NCBI GenBank assembly: GCA_965223905.1
Contig: CBDCXV010000002.1
Span: forward strand, 512,001-576,000
Source: Candidatus Latescibacterota bacterium
GTDB lineage: Bacteria > Latescibacterota > UBA2968 > UBA8231
DNA: 64,000 bases
Direction of reading: 5' to 3'
Shown in pieces: positions 21,676-32,700 of this stretch. The notes beneath the pieces were generated by a model that searched no databases, was not told the DNA's origin, and saw only the letters and a program-made list of their open reading frames with translations. The stretch's first letter is position 1. Every line of letters begins with the position of its first letter. The position numbers and the translations under genes are program-made.

Positions 21676-23415
21676 ATGAGCCTGAATCCCTTCAAACCGT
21701 TCGCCTCCTACCTCCGCCCCTACCGCTGGGCCCTGGCCGCCGGCCTGGCCTTTCTGCTGGGGGAACAGTTCGTTTCCGTCTCCATTCCCTTCGTCCTCGA
21801 ACGCGCCATCACCCGGGCCAGCCTCGATCAGGCGGCACCGGACCTGACCTTCCTGACACACTACGCCGCCCTCATCGTCGGCCTCGGTCTGGCGCAGTGG
21901 GGCATGGCTTTCGGCATGCGCTGGCACCTGGCCGCCACCTCCTACCGCGTCGAGCGCGACATACGGCAGCGCTACTTCGACCACCTTCTCACCTTGCCCC
22001 TGGGCTATTTCCAGCAGGCCCGCACCGGGGATCTTATGGCCCGGGCGACCAACGACGTCGAAGCCGTGCAGCGCTACCTCAGCCACGGCTTCCGCATGTT
22101 CCTGAGCGCCCTGCTCGGCTTCGGCTTCAGCATGGCAGCCATGTGTTATTTCGACTGGGAGCTGGCCCTCTACGCCCTGTTGCCCATGCCCGTAATGACG
22201 GTGATCCTGCGCCTGGTGGGCGGCAAGGTGCGCTGGCGCTACCGCAGGGTCCAGGAGCAGTTCGCCGCCATCAGCACCTGCCTGCAGGAGAACCTGTCGG
22301 GCGTGCGCGTGGTCAAGGCGTTTGCCCGCGGCCGCGGCGAGATCGACCGCTTCACCCGGCTCAACGACGAGTACGTCGAGCGCAACCGCCGCCTGATCTA
22401 CCTCTACAGCACGTTCTTCCCCTTCACCTTCCTCATCAGCGGCCTGTCCATGGTGTTCATCCTGTGGCTGGGCGGCATCCGCGTCGTCGAAGGCACGCTC
22501 ACCCTGGGGGCCTTCGTCGCCTTCAACGCCTACCTGATCCGCATCAGCCGCCCGATGATGATGATGGGCCGCATCGTCGACGAGTACCAGCGCGCCATGG
22601 CTTCGATGATGCGCATCGAGTCGGTGTTCCAGGAAAAGCCCCAGCCCGATCATCACCGGGACGACGGCCTGGCGATCAGAGGGGAAATCGAGTTCCGCGG
22701 CGCCTTCTTTGCGTACGACGGCCAACCGGTGCTGCGCGACATCGACGTTCACATTCCGGCAGGCAGCACCCTGGCCATCGTCGGCCGCGTCGGCTCGGGC
22801 AAGAGCACGCTGGCCCGGCTCATCCCCCGCCTCATCCAGGCCGGCGAGGGTCAGATTCTCATCGACGGCAAACCGATCGAACAGATGCCGCTGCGCGCCT
22901 TCCGCGACGCCATCGGCTACGTGCCGCAGGACACCTTCCTGTTCTCCGAGAGCATCCGCGACAACATCGCCCTCGACTCGGCGGCCGCGGACGAGGTGGA
23001 ACGCGCCATCGAGGTGGCCCAACTGACCGCGGACCTCGACACCTTTCCCCAGGGGCTGGAGACCGTCGTCGGCGAGCGCGGCGTCACCCTGTCGGGCGGC
23101 CAGAAGCAGCGCACCGCCCTGGCCCGTTCGGTCGTGCGGAAACCGAAGATTCTCATCCTCGACGACGCCCTGGCCAGCGTCGATACCCGCACCGAAGAGC
23201 AGATCCTCGAGCGCCTGCGCGGCGTCATGGCCGCGCGCACCACCATCCTCATCGCCCACCGCGTCTCCACCGTCATGGCCGCCGATCACATCATCGTGCT
23301 CGAGGAGGGGCGCATCGTCGAAGAGGGCACCCACGACCGATTGCTCGCGCGCGACGGCCACTACGCGGAGATGTACCGCCGCCAGCACCTCACCGAGGAA
23401 CTGGGCGACCTCTGA
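21676..23415 (+). CDS. ABC exporter, fused TMD-NBD subunit A (heterodimeric multidrug/lipid type)
   Basis: GRVGSGKST, LSGGQKQR, ILDD (degenerate Walker B). Confidence 0.93.
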   Translation: MSLNPFKPFASYLRPYRWALAAGLAFLLGEQFVSVSIPFVLERAITRASLDQAAPDLTFLTHYAALIVGLGLAQWGMAFGMRWHLAATSYRVERDIRQRYFDHLLTLPLGYFQQARTGDLMARATNDVEAVQRYLSHGFRMFLSALLGFGFSMAAMCYFDWELALYALLPMPVMTVILRLVGGKVRWRYRRVQEQFAAISTCLQENLSGVRVVKAFARGRGEIDRFTRLNDEYVERNRRLIYLYSTFFPFTFLISGLSMVFILWLGGIRVVEGTLTLGAFVAFNAYLIRISRPMMMMGRIVDEYQRAMASMMRIESVFQEKPQPDHHRDDGLAIRGEIEFRGAFFAYDGQPVLRDIDVHIPAGSTLAIVGRVGSGKSTLARLIPRLIQAGEGQILIDGKPIEQMPLRAFRDAIGYVPQDTFLFSESIRDNIALDSAAADEVERAIEVAQLTADLDTFPQGLETVVGERGVTLSGGQKQRTALARSVVRKPKILILDDALASVDTRTEEQILERLRGVMAARTTILIAHRVSTVMAADHIIVLEEGRIVEEGTHDRLLARDGHYAEMYRRQHLTEELGDL

Positions 23416-25193
23416 TGCCGCCGGCCCTCCGCGACGAGCGGGAAATCGACCAGAAGTCCATCGACCTCCGCCTGGTGGCCAGGCTTCTCGGTTTCCTGCG
23501 GCCGTATCTGCCCTGGGCGGTCTCGACCTTGCTGCTCATCCTCGCCGCCTCGCTGGCCCGCCAGGCCGGTCCCGTGCTGACCAAGATTGCCGTCGACGAG
23601 CACATCGTGCCGGGCAACCTGGACGGCCTGGGCACCCTCGTCCTTCTCTTCGCCGGGCTGCTGGTAGCTCAGTTCGCCATCGGCTACGCCCAGAGCTGGA
23701 TCACCAGCATGGTGGGCCAGTGGACGATGCGCGACGTGCGCCTGAACATCTTCGCCTGCCTGCAGCGCCTGCCGCTCAAGTTCTTCGACCGCACCCCCAT
23801 CGGCCGGCTGATGGCGCGCAATACCAGCGACGTCGACGCGCTCAACGAGTTCTTCACCTACGGCGCCGTCTCCCTGGTGACCGAAACCGTCACCGTCGGC
23901 TCCATCCTGTTCTTCATCTTCTTCTACCTCGATTTCGAGCTGGGCCTGATCACCTGCGCCTTTCTGCCGGTGGCCTTCGGCGCCACCCTGTGGCTGCAGA
24001 ACCGCACCTTCCAGGCCTTCCGCCAGGCCCGCACCCGCTTTGCCCGCTTCAGCGCCGACCTGCAGGAAACCCTGTCCGGTATCGAGGTGGTCAAGCTGTT
24101 CAACTGCGAGCCGCGCAGCGCCCGCCGCTTTCACCAGGGCACCGACGAATACCTCGACGCCCGCCTGGTGCGCACCCGCTACCACTCGGCCTACTTCCCC
24201 TTCATGGAAATGTGCGGCTCCGCCCTGATAGCGCTGGTGCTGTGGTACGGCGTCGGCCAGGTGCTGCGCGAGGAAATCGCCTGGGGCGTTCTGGTGGCGA
24301 TGCTGCAATACGTGCCCCGCTTCTTCATGCCCATCCGCAACCTCGCCGAGGAGTACGCCACCGTGCAGGTGGCCATGGCCTCCTCCGAGCGCATCTTCGA
24401 GCTGATGGATGCCGAGCCGGAGCCGGCCGGCGGTCCCGTGTCCCGGGAGCGCATCGACGGCGCCATCGAGTTCCGCGGGGTGTGGTTCGCCTACGAAGGG
24501 GAAGAGTGGGTCCTGCGCGACGTTTCCTTCCGCGCCGAGCCGGGGCAGAGCCTGGCGCTGGTGGGGGCAACCGGCTCGGGCAAGACCACCATCGTCAGCC
24601 TGCTGTGCCGCTTTTACGAGATTCAGCGGGGGCAGATCCTGGTCGACGGCATCGACGTCCGCGAGTGGAATGTGGAAGCGCTCAGGCGCCGCTTCGGCCT
24701 GGTGCAGCAGGACGTCTTTCTGTTTGCCGGCGACATTGCCGGCAACATCCGTTTCGGTGCCCCCGGGCTGTCGGACGAGGCGGTCGCGCAGGCGGCCCGC
24801 TACGTCAACGCCGACCGCTTCATCGACCGCCTGCCCAACACCTACCGTCACGACGTGCAGGAGCGCGGCGCCGCCCTGTCCGGGGGGCAGCGCCAGCTCC
24901 TGTCCTTTGCCCGCGCCCTGGCCGCCGACCCGGACATCCTGGTGCTCGACGAAGCCACCGCCCACATCGACACCGAGACCGAGGGCTGGATCCAGGAGGC
25001 CGTGGAAAAACTGATGCGCGACCGCACCTCCATCGTCATCGCCCACCGCCTGTCCACCATCCGCAGCGCCGACAAGATCCTCGTGCTGCACCGGGGCCGG
25101 TTGCGCGAAGAGGGCCGCCACGAAGAGCTTCTGGCCCGGGACGGCATCTACGCCCGCCTGCATCAGTTGCAGTACAACGAGGCCCTCATCTAG
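23415..25193 (+). CDS. ABC exporter, fused TMD-NBD subunit B
   Basis: TGATG overlap; GATGSGKTT, LSGGQRQ, VLDEAT. Confidence 0.93.
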   Translation: MPPALRDEREIDQKSIDLRLVARLLGFLRPYLPWAVSTLLLILAASLARQAGPVLTKIAVDEHIVPGNLDGLGTLVLLFAGLLVAQFAIGYAQSWITSMVGQWTMRDVRLNIFACLQRLPLKFFDRTPIGRLMARNTSDVDALNEFFTYGAVSLVTETVTVGSILFFIFFYLDFELGLITCAFLPVAFGATLWLQNRTFQAFRQARTRFARFSADLQETLSGIEVVKLFNCEPRSARRFHQGTDEYLDARLVRTRYHSAYFPFMEMCGSALIALVLWYGVGQVLREEIAWGVLVAMLQYVPRFFMPIRNLAEEYATVQVAMASSERIFELMDAEPEPAGGPVSRERIDGAIEFRGVWFAYEGEEWVLRDVSFRAEPGQSLALVGATGSGKTTIVSLLCRFYEIQRGQILVDGIDVREWNVEALRRRFGLVQQDVFLFAGDIAGNIRFGAPGLSDEAVAQAARYVNADRFIDRLPNTYRHDVQERGAALSGGQRQLLSFARALAADPDILVLDEATAHIDTETEGWIQEAVEKLMRDRTSIVIAHRLSTIRSADKILVLHRGRLREEGRHEELLARDGIYARLHQLQYNEALI

Positions 25194-25416
25194 CGAGCAC
25201 AACCAGCCAGTAACCAGATCAGGGAAATCAACGCGAAGGCCGAGCCCGCCTGCTCCGGGCATCCGACGGGCCTGGTCGTTACCACATGGTGAACGCCCCA
25301 TCCAGTGGCCTGAGCCGCCCATTGATTCCAGGGCAGGCAGCTGTATGGAAGCCGCGGCGAAACCGGCTTTCGGCCTTCGCACCGCTGAGCTTTCCCCTCA
25401 CAGAAAGGACTTTTTC

Positions 25417-26433
25417 ATGCCCGTCATTCCCGCCACCGACCGCCGCCTGACCTGGAGCGGCGCCGTCTCCCTCGAAGAGGGGCCGGGCTGGGTCAAGCCC
25501 TGGCGCATTCCCCATCGAGATCCGGACCTGTACTCGCCCGGGGAGAACGGCCTTGCCGGGCGGGCCGAGATGCCTTCGGGCGTGCGCGTGCGCCTGGCCA
25601 CCGACGCCGAGGAGCTGATCGTCCGCTGCGAGCCGCTGGCCGGGGAGGGCCGCTTCGACCTGTGCATCGGCGGGAAGATCGCCGCCACCGTTCCGTATGC
25701 GGCCGGCGCGACCGAGGTCCGCTTCGAGGGCTTGCCTGCGGGCGGGAAGTCCCTGGAGATCTGGCTGTCGCCGGCCATGCCCGTCGCCCTGCGCCACGTA
25801 GAATTGCCCGGGGGAACAGATTGCGAAAAAAGCGAAGATACCCGGCCGAAATGGATTACCTATGGCAGCTCCATCACCCACTGCCGCACCGCGGGATCGC
25901 CCGCCACCACCTGGCCGGGAGTGGTAGCCCGCGCCCGGGACTTCAACCTCACTTCGCTGGGCTACGGCGGCCAGTGCCACGCCGACCCGTTCGTCGCCCG
26001 GCTGATCCGCGGCCTGCCCGCGGACTTCGTCTCGGTCAAGATCGGCATCAACATCTACGGCGCCGCCAGCCTCGGCCCGCGCGCCTTCCGCCCGGCCGTC
26101 CTCGGCACCATTGCCACCATCCGCGACGGCCATCCCCACACCCCGTTGGCGGTCTGCTCGCCGATCTGGGGCCACGACCGCGAGACCGCGCCCAATGCGG
26201 TCGGCCTGACCCTGCAACAGATGCGCGTCGAGGTAGCCGAAGCCGTGGAGGCGTTCAAAAAGCGCGGCGACGGCAACATCCATTACGTCGACGGCCTGAA
26301 GCTCTTCGACGAAAGCCTCGCCGAATATCTGCCGGACAACCTCCACCCGGACGCCACCGGGTACGAGCGCATGGGGCAGAACTTCCTCGAAGAAGTGTTT
26401 TCAGTGCAGGGGGTGCAGGTGGGGAATCGGTAG
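25417..26433 (+). CDS. SGNH/GDSL hydrolase family protein
   Basis: YGSSIT, GYGG, GIN and DNLHP blocks; RBS AAGGA. Confidence 0.88.
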   Translation: MPVIPATDRRLTWSGAVSLEEGPGWVKPWRIPHRDPDLYSPGENGLAGRAEMPSGVRVRLATDAEELIVRCEPLAGEGRFDLCIGGKIAATVPYAAGATEVRFEGLPAGGKSLEIWLSPAMPVALRHVELPGGTDCEKSEDTRPKWITYGSSITHCRTAGSPATTWPGVVARARDFNLTSLGYGGQCHADPFVARLIRGLPADFVSVKIGINIYGAASLGPRAFRPAVLGTIATIRDGHPHTPLAVCSPIWGHDRETAPNAVGLTLQQMRVEVAEAVEAFKKRGDGNIHYVDGLKLFDESLAEYLPDNLHPDATGYERMGQNFLEEVFSVQGVQVGNR

Positions 26434-26573
26434 TCGGTACGGCTCGGCTGAGGTACTGCGCTCGTTGCCGGATCCCGAATCCGGTTGGCGCTGAAGGAAC
26501 ACCGGGTATGCGGGAAACAGCTACGGTCAGCTTGGTGTATTCGGTGAACCGTTGCGGCAGGCGGCAGCCGGCG

Positions 26574-27164
26574 TCAGAAATACACCAGCGCCGTCATCTC
26601 CGTCTGGAAGGTCTCGAGGGACCACTCCCACTCGCGGTTGAGGTCCTCTTTCTCGTAGCGATAGCTCAGGTCCAGTCCGGTCTGGCCGCTCAGGCTGATG
26701 CGCTGGAACGGGAACCAGTCGGCACCCAAGCCCACTGCCAGCCCCAGATCGCGCTCGGTTCGGGTGCGCTGTTTCACGGAATCGCTGCCGAATCCCCTAT
26801 CCCAAATAGCAATACCTGCGTGGGCTTTATAAATAACAAAGGGGGCGACCTCGTTGTGCAGAGGGCGGAAGTGCTTGATGGCAGGACGCAGTTGCAGACT
26901 TAGAGACCGATACGGTATTCGGATATCGTCTCGGTCAAGGTTATCCAGGTCGTGTATGGTGCTTTCGCGGTAAAGCGATGACAAACCTATTTCAAGGCCG
27001 AAGGCAGTGACGGGAGAGCGTACTTTCCACAGGCTGATGCTGCGTTCGCTGCTGGAAGGCAGGGGCACGCCCAACGCCCAGCCGCCCCGGTCCGCCAGGG
27101 GGCCTTCAGCAGAGGCCGCGGCGCCTGTCAACAGGATCAGGGAGAGCAACGATTTAGCCAGCAT
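26574..27164 (-). CDS. Outer-membrane beta-barrel protein, paralog 1
   Basis: Signal peptide; amphipathic strands; GLGADWFP; C-terminal YF. Confidence 0.75.
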   Translation of the reverse strand: MLAKSLLSLILLTGAAASAEGPLADRGGWALGVPLPSSSERSISLWKVRSPVTAFGLEIGLSSLYRESTIHDLDNLDRDDIRIPYRSLSLQLRPAIKHFRPLHNEVAPFVIYKAHAGIAIWDRGFGSDSVKQRTRTERDLGLAVGLGADWFPFQRISLSGQTGLDLSYRYEKEDLNREWEWSLETFQTEMTALVYF

Positions 27165-27295
27165 GAGCTTCGGGATCCCATAGCCTGTGGCGGTATTCAT
27201 CGGGAAAAAGAACCGCTGACAGCAAGACCAAAATTAAAAAGAGGCATTGTGTTAATTGCGGGTTGTGGAGTGGTGAGAGGAGCCATCGTCTTTGG

Positions 27296-27898
27296 TCAGA
27301 AATACATCAATGCCTTCAATTGCGATTGGAAGGTCCGCAAGTACAGGTTCCAACTGGTTTGGGAGGTGTTGGAATCAATCCCCCTGGAATCGTGCTGAAA
27401 GTAGCGGTACCCCAGTCTCAGCCCGGTCTGACCGCCCAGGCTGATGCGTGGAAAGGGGAACCATTCGACTCCCAAACCAAATCCTATCCCTATGTTGCCT
27501 CCGCTGCTGCCCTGCGAATTCAGACCATATTCCCGTTCGTGTCCCGAAAAACCGGCTTCAACCTGGCTGTAGGTAAAGGAGGCGACCCGATTGTTCAGCG
27601 GCCGATACCTCTTGATTGTGGGACTCAGCCGCAGGCTCAGGTAATGGCTATTGATGGCTGCTGAACCGGGGTCATCCGCGTTGGCGGTGGAGTCGCGGAG
27701 GCTCCACGAAACCCTTGTTTCCAGGCCCAGGGCGGTGGTGGGAGAGCGGATCTTCCACACGCTGAAGCTGCTTCCGCCGCCCGAAGGCAGGGCTACCCCC
27801 AGCCCCCAGTTCCCGCGGCCGGCCAGGGGGCCTTCCTGGTGGGCGGAGGCGATGCCGCTGGTCATCAGGACGATCCAGATCAGACGGGAGACGGACAT
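27296..27898 (-). CDS. Outer-membrane beta-barrel protein, paralog 2
   Basis: Shares EGPLA, WKxRSP, WFPFxRISLxGQTG and terminal YF with the neighbour. Confidence 0.75.
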   Translation of the reverse strand: MSVSRLIWIVLMTSGIASAHQEGPLAGRGNWGLGVALPSGGGSSFSVWKIRSPTTALGLETRVSWSLRDSTANADDPGSAAINSHYLSLRLSPTIKRYRPLNNRVASFTYSQVEAGFSGHEREYGLNSQGSSGGNIGIGFGLGVEWFPFPRISLGGQTGLRLGYRYFQHDSRGIDSNTSQTSWNLYLRTFQSQLKALMYF

Positions 27899-28323
27899 GG
27901 GAGCTTCTCCTGAAGGCGCCGTGGGACGACGGAAGGGGATCCTTTGTATTGCAATACCCGAAAAAACCCAGACGCGCAACCCCTCCGTTCATCCCTGGTG
28001 GACCGACCGGCCCGCCGGAAGGGAGCCGGAGCTGGCGGAACATGCGGGATTTGCGTTGTCCGCGAACACCGCCCGGGGATCGCTCAGCTTCCCGGTTCCT
28101 GCGATTCCGAGCGTTTGGAAACTCACCGTCTCTCAGGTTCTCACGATTACGGGCATGCGGAAGATTCTATTCGGCCGGCTCCTGCGACCGCCGATGAGCA
28201 CGTCCAGCGCCCTGACAGGGAATCCTCGGAAGGGGCTTATCTTTACTTTATGTACATGATGAACCTGCTCGAAGCGCACCAACCTCACGAGCAAGCCTGA
28301 ACCCGGAGTTCATACAGAACGAG

Positions 28324-29688
28324 ATGTCATTTTCGAAGCGACTGGAATCCTGCTCCCTCGAACGCATTACCCGGATGAAGGATGTGGTAGTGCAGGAGAT
28401 CGACCGCATCGACCGTCAGCTGGCCGCCGAAGAGAGGGAGATCGACGCCATGACGGAACAAGTGGAGACGGTCAGTCTGAGCAAAAGGCACGGCCAGTAC
28501 GAGCTGGGCCTCGACAAGGCGGAATCGCGGATCTCCAGGCTGAACGAGGAAAAGGAGAAGCTGCAGGACAAGGCCCGGATCCTCGAGCAGGCGCGCCAGA
28601 GGAAACACCTGATGGACGAGCAGGCCAGGGTGCTGGGCAGCGTCGGCAGGGTGAGAGCCAAGGACCTGCTCATCTTCGTTCTCATCCTATTCCTGATAAC
28701 AATCCTGGTCGTCGACCTGCTCGGCATCGGCGCCATCGGCGGCGGCGCTGTTGCCCAGGCGGAAGTGGAGGACGGGAAAATAAGCGAGATCGTCATCCTG
28801 AACGGGGGAGAAGGGTTTGAGCGGGTGAACATTCACATAACCGATGAGGAAGGTTCGCACGCCCTTGCTTCAGGGCAGGTGGTCGGGGGAAAGCTGAAGC
28901 AGGTGAAGATCATCGACAGCGGAGAGAACTATACCGATCCCGTCGTGGAGATACTGCCGCACTTTGCCGTGAGTACGTTGTGGATATTCTGGATCATCGA
29001 CGTGATATGCTGCGGCCTATTCATGGCCAACTTCGTCTTCGAGCACAGGCTTGCCGATTCAAAGAAGTGGTACTGGAAGAACAACTGGATCGACTTCATA
29101 ACCTCCATACCGCTTCCCCCGGTGCAGGTCATCGCCGCCTCCGGCGACCTGGGCGTCGTTCGCCTGGGGCGTCTGCTCCGGGCGGTGCGCATCCTGAGGG
29201 CGCTGAGGTTGTTCCGCATCGGGCTGTTCTTCTGGCGCGGCATGGACCACCTGAGCTCCACCCTCGACGTGAGACTCCTCAAGCGGTCCCTTCTCTACGG
29301 CCTGCTGTCCCTCGTGTTCGGCGCCTGCATTTTCATGGGCCTGGAGCGCCTCGAGTCCGGCTCGGGGTTCTGGCCCAGCCTCTGGTGGAGCTTCACCACC
29401 CTGGTCACCGGCGGGTACGCCGACATCCACAATCCGCAGACCGCTTCCGGGAAAATCCTCACGGTTTTCCTGGTGATTACGGGCATGGTCCTGGTGGGGG
29501 TCTTTACCGCCACCCTGACCAGTGTGCTGGTGAAGGACGAGGATTCCGTCCAGGCCGAGGAGCTGGAGGAGCAGGTCGCCATCGCGACGAAAATCCAGAA
29601 GGACGTGAAGGAGGCCAACGAGCGCCTGGACCGGCTCGAGGGCAGCATCGGCGAAATCCGGGACGCCATGTCTGACCGGGGGAAGTAG
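28324..29688 (+). CDS. Voltage-gated-type cation (K+-like) channel with a coiled-coil N-terminus
   Basis: NWIDFITSIP (S3); RLGRLLRAVRILRALRLFR (S4); pore LWWSFTTLVTGGYADI. Confidence 0.88.
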   Translation: MSFSKRLESCSLERITRMKDVVVQEIDRIDRQLAAEEREIDAMTEQVETVSLSKRHGQYELGLDKAESRISRLNEEKEKLQDKARILEQARQRKHLMDEQARVLGSVGRVRAKDLLIFVLILFLITILVVDLLGIGAIGGGAVAQAEVEDGKISEIVILNGGEGFERVNIHITDEEGSHALASGQVVGGKLKQVKIIDSGENYTDPVVEILPHFAVSTLWIFWIIDVICCGLFMANFVFEHRLADSKKWYWKNNWIDFITSIPLPPVQVIAASGDLGVVRLGRLLRAVRILRALRLFRIGLFFWRGMDHLSSTLDVRLLKRSLLYGLLSLVFGACIFMGLERLESGSGFWPSLWWSFTTLVTGGYADIHNPQTASGKILTVFLVITGMVLVGVFTATLTSVLVKDEDSVQAEELEEQVAIATKIQKDVKEANERLDRLEGSIGEIRDAMSDRGK

Positions 29689-29704
29689 GAGCTTCGGGCG
29701 GTCC

Positions 29705-32700
29705 TTGTTTCCGGCCCCGGCCTTTCGGAAGGCCATCGCCCTGCTCGCCGTGCTGGCCGGCTGCTTCAGCCTGCCCCGTCCGCTGTTTGCCGAGCGGTTG
29801 CTGATCAACGAACTGATGTCGAACAACCAGTCCTGCTGTGCGGACCGGTACGGCCAGTTCGACGACTGGATTGAGATACACAACGCGGGCGGCCGCGCGG
29901 TGAACATCGGCGGCATGTTCATCACCGACGACCTCACCGATCCAGGGGCCTTCCAGTTCCCCACGGATGACCGCAAAGCCACCACGATCCCGGCCGGTGG
30001 ATACATCCTGCTGTGGGCGGACGAAGACCACGACCAGCCGGGGTTCCATCTGAATTTCGGGCTCTCTTCGAACGGCGAGCAGCTGGGGTTGTTCGCTTCG
30101 GACGGCACCACGCTCGTCGATTCAGTGACATTCGGTCCACTGCGGCCCGACGTTTCCTACGCCCGGGTACCGGACGGAAAAGGCTGGTTCCTTGTGGACG
30201 AGCCCTCCCCGGGGAGGAAGAACGATTCCTCCGGGAAGCGCCGCCATTCCCAGGCTCCCTCGTACTCGCACGAGAGCGGCCGCTACGACTATCCCTTCAC
30301 CGTTATCTTGAGCCACCCGGATCCCAAAACCCGCATCTTCTTCTCTACCGATGGCAGCATCCCCACGGGGAAGAAGCGTTACGACGGGATCGGGGTCCGT
30401 ATCGAAACCACGACAGTCCTGCGGTCAGTCGCGGTCGCGAAAGGCCTTCTCCCCAGTGACGTGATGACTCGCACCTACTTTGTCGGTGACGAGGTCAGCC
30501 TGCCGACTGTTTCGCTTGCTGTCGACCCGGAGCATCTCTGGGGCGACAAACTGGGGATCTATGTCGAGGGGGATCGCAGGAACTTCACCCGCGACTGGGA
30601 ACGCCCCGCCCATATCGAATTTTACGATGTGGCGGGGGGTCTGGAATTCTCCCAGGACGTGGGCGTGAAGCTTCACGGCGGCTGGTCCCGCAACCAGCCG
30701 CAGAAGTCGATCGCCGTACGCGCCCGCCGGGGATACGGCAACGAGGCCATATACTACCCTCTCTTCCCCGACAAACCTTTAACCCGATACAAGGGTTTCG
30801 TCCTGCGCAACTCCGGCAATGACTGGACGTACACGCTCCTTCGCGACGCGATCATGCAGGCCCTGGTCAAGGGTCGCATGGACATCGACTACCAGGCCTA
30901 CAGACCCGTCGTTCTCTTTCTCAACGGCCAGTACTGGGGTATCCACAACATGCGCGAGCGCATTTCGGTCGACTATCTAACGGATAACCACGGATTCGGA
31001 TCGGACGAAATCGATTACCTCGTCAACGATTCAGAGGCGAGGGCAGGAGACGCCGAACACTATCAGTCGTTTCTCAGCTTCTTCGAGAGCAGCGATCTGC
31101 AGGAAGCCGGCGCCATTGAGGAGATACGGGCAAGCATGGATCTCGATGAATTCCTCAACTACCAGATTGCCGAAATCTACTCCGTGAACACCGATTGGCC
31201 CGGCAACAATTGGGAATTCTGGCGTCCCCGCAGCGCGGACGGCCGCTGGCGATGGATATTCTTCGATCTGGACTACGGGTTCAACTTGCCTCTGGCATTG
31301 AACCCCAGCCCTCCCGAGCTCGACATGGTGGCATGGGCGACCACTCCCGGTGAGGATTGGTGGAATCCCCCCTGGGCCACGTTCCTCATGCAAAGGCTTC
31401 TCGAGATCGATGAAGTCAGGCAGGATTTCATTCAACGGTTCGCGAGCCATCTGAACACCACTTTCGAAAGGACCCGGGTCGAGGCCGTTATCGACAGCAT
31501 GAGGAACGCCGTTGCGGAGGAGATACCCCGGCATTCCGAACGGTGGGCCCCCTACCCTTCCCCTTTCTATGGAAATGCGTTCGCTTCGATAGAGGAGTGG
31601 GATGCCAATCTCGAGGTGATGCGGTCCTTCGCCCGGGTGAGGGCAGGCCATGTATGGGGTCACCTGCAGAACAAATTCTCCCTTGGGGGCCGATCCACGC
31701 TTTCGCTCGAGGTCGAGCCCGAGGGGGCGGGTACCGTCTTTGTAAACACCGTACCGGTAACGGTTTCCCGTTCATCCGGTCTCTACTTCAACGGGGTGCC
31801 CATCGATGTGGTGGCGGTTGCGGCACCCGGGTTCGAGTTCGACAGCTGGTCGGATCCGGTCTCGGAAACCTCCCGCGCCAGGCTGGCCATCGAGGGGAAC
31901 TACGGGATTGCCGCCCGGTTCACATCCTCGGGACAGGAGCCCGTTTCACCCGGGCAGCCGCCCGTTGTGATCAACGAGATCAACTACAATTCGGGTGAGG
32001 CTCTCGACTCCGGGGACTGGGTCGAGCTTCACAACCATGGCGCCGTCCCCGTCGAGATCGGGGGCTGGCGCTTTCGCGATGCGGGGAACTCGCCCGACTT
32101 CATTCTGCCCCCCGATGTCCTTCTCGAGGCGGGCGGCTACGTGGTGCTTTGCCGTGACAGCACCGATTTCAGAATGGCCTTTCCGGAGACCGATGGCTGT
32201 CTCGGCGACTTTCCCTTCGGCCTGAGCAGCCGCGGGGACCACATTACTCTTTTGACCGGCCTGGAGCGGGTGGTCGATTCGGTGGTGTATGACGAGCGCC
32301 CTCCCTGGCCGACCGAGCCGAACGGAACCGGCTTCACCCTGGCCCTGATCGAGCCCACGGCCGACAACTCCCGCCACGAAAACTGGTACGCCTCACCCGA
32401 CGGGGGGACCCCCGGAGTGTGGAATGCTCCGGCCACTCCCTCCGCATCGAATCCGGGGGTGAGGGCGGTCAGCTATCCGAATCCCTTTTACACCAGTGCC
32501 ACGGTGTTCCTGAGCCTGTCGAGAACTTCCAATGTGTCCGTTCAGGTGTTCAACCTGCTGGGAGCCCATGTGGCGACCCTTGTCGATGACGAGATCATGG
32601 AGGCGGCCGAGCACTCGCTTGTCTGGGACGGCCGGTCCGCGGCCGGACATGAGGTCGCCTCGGGAGTCTACCTGTGCCGCATCACGATCAACGGGTTCCC

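Noticed and set aside
20880-25193. 1437-aa ORF suggesting a giant ABC fusion
   Set aside because: Only the part from ATG 23415 is ABC-like. The upstream portion is an off-frame, Arg/Pro-rich shadow over DUF4389 and ABC subunit A.
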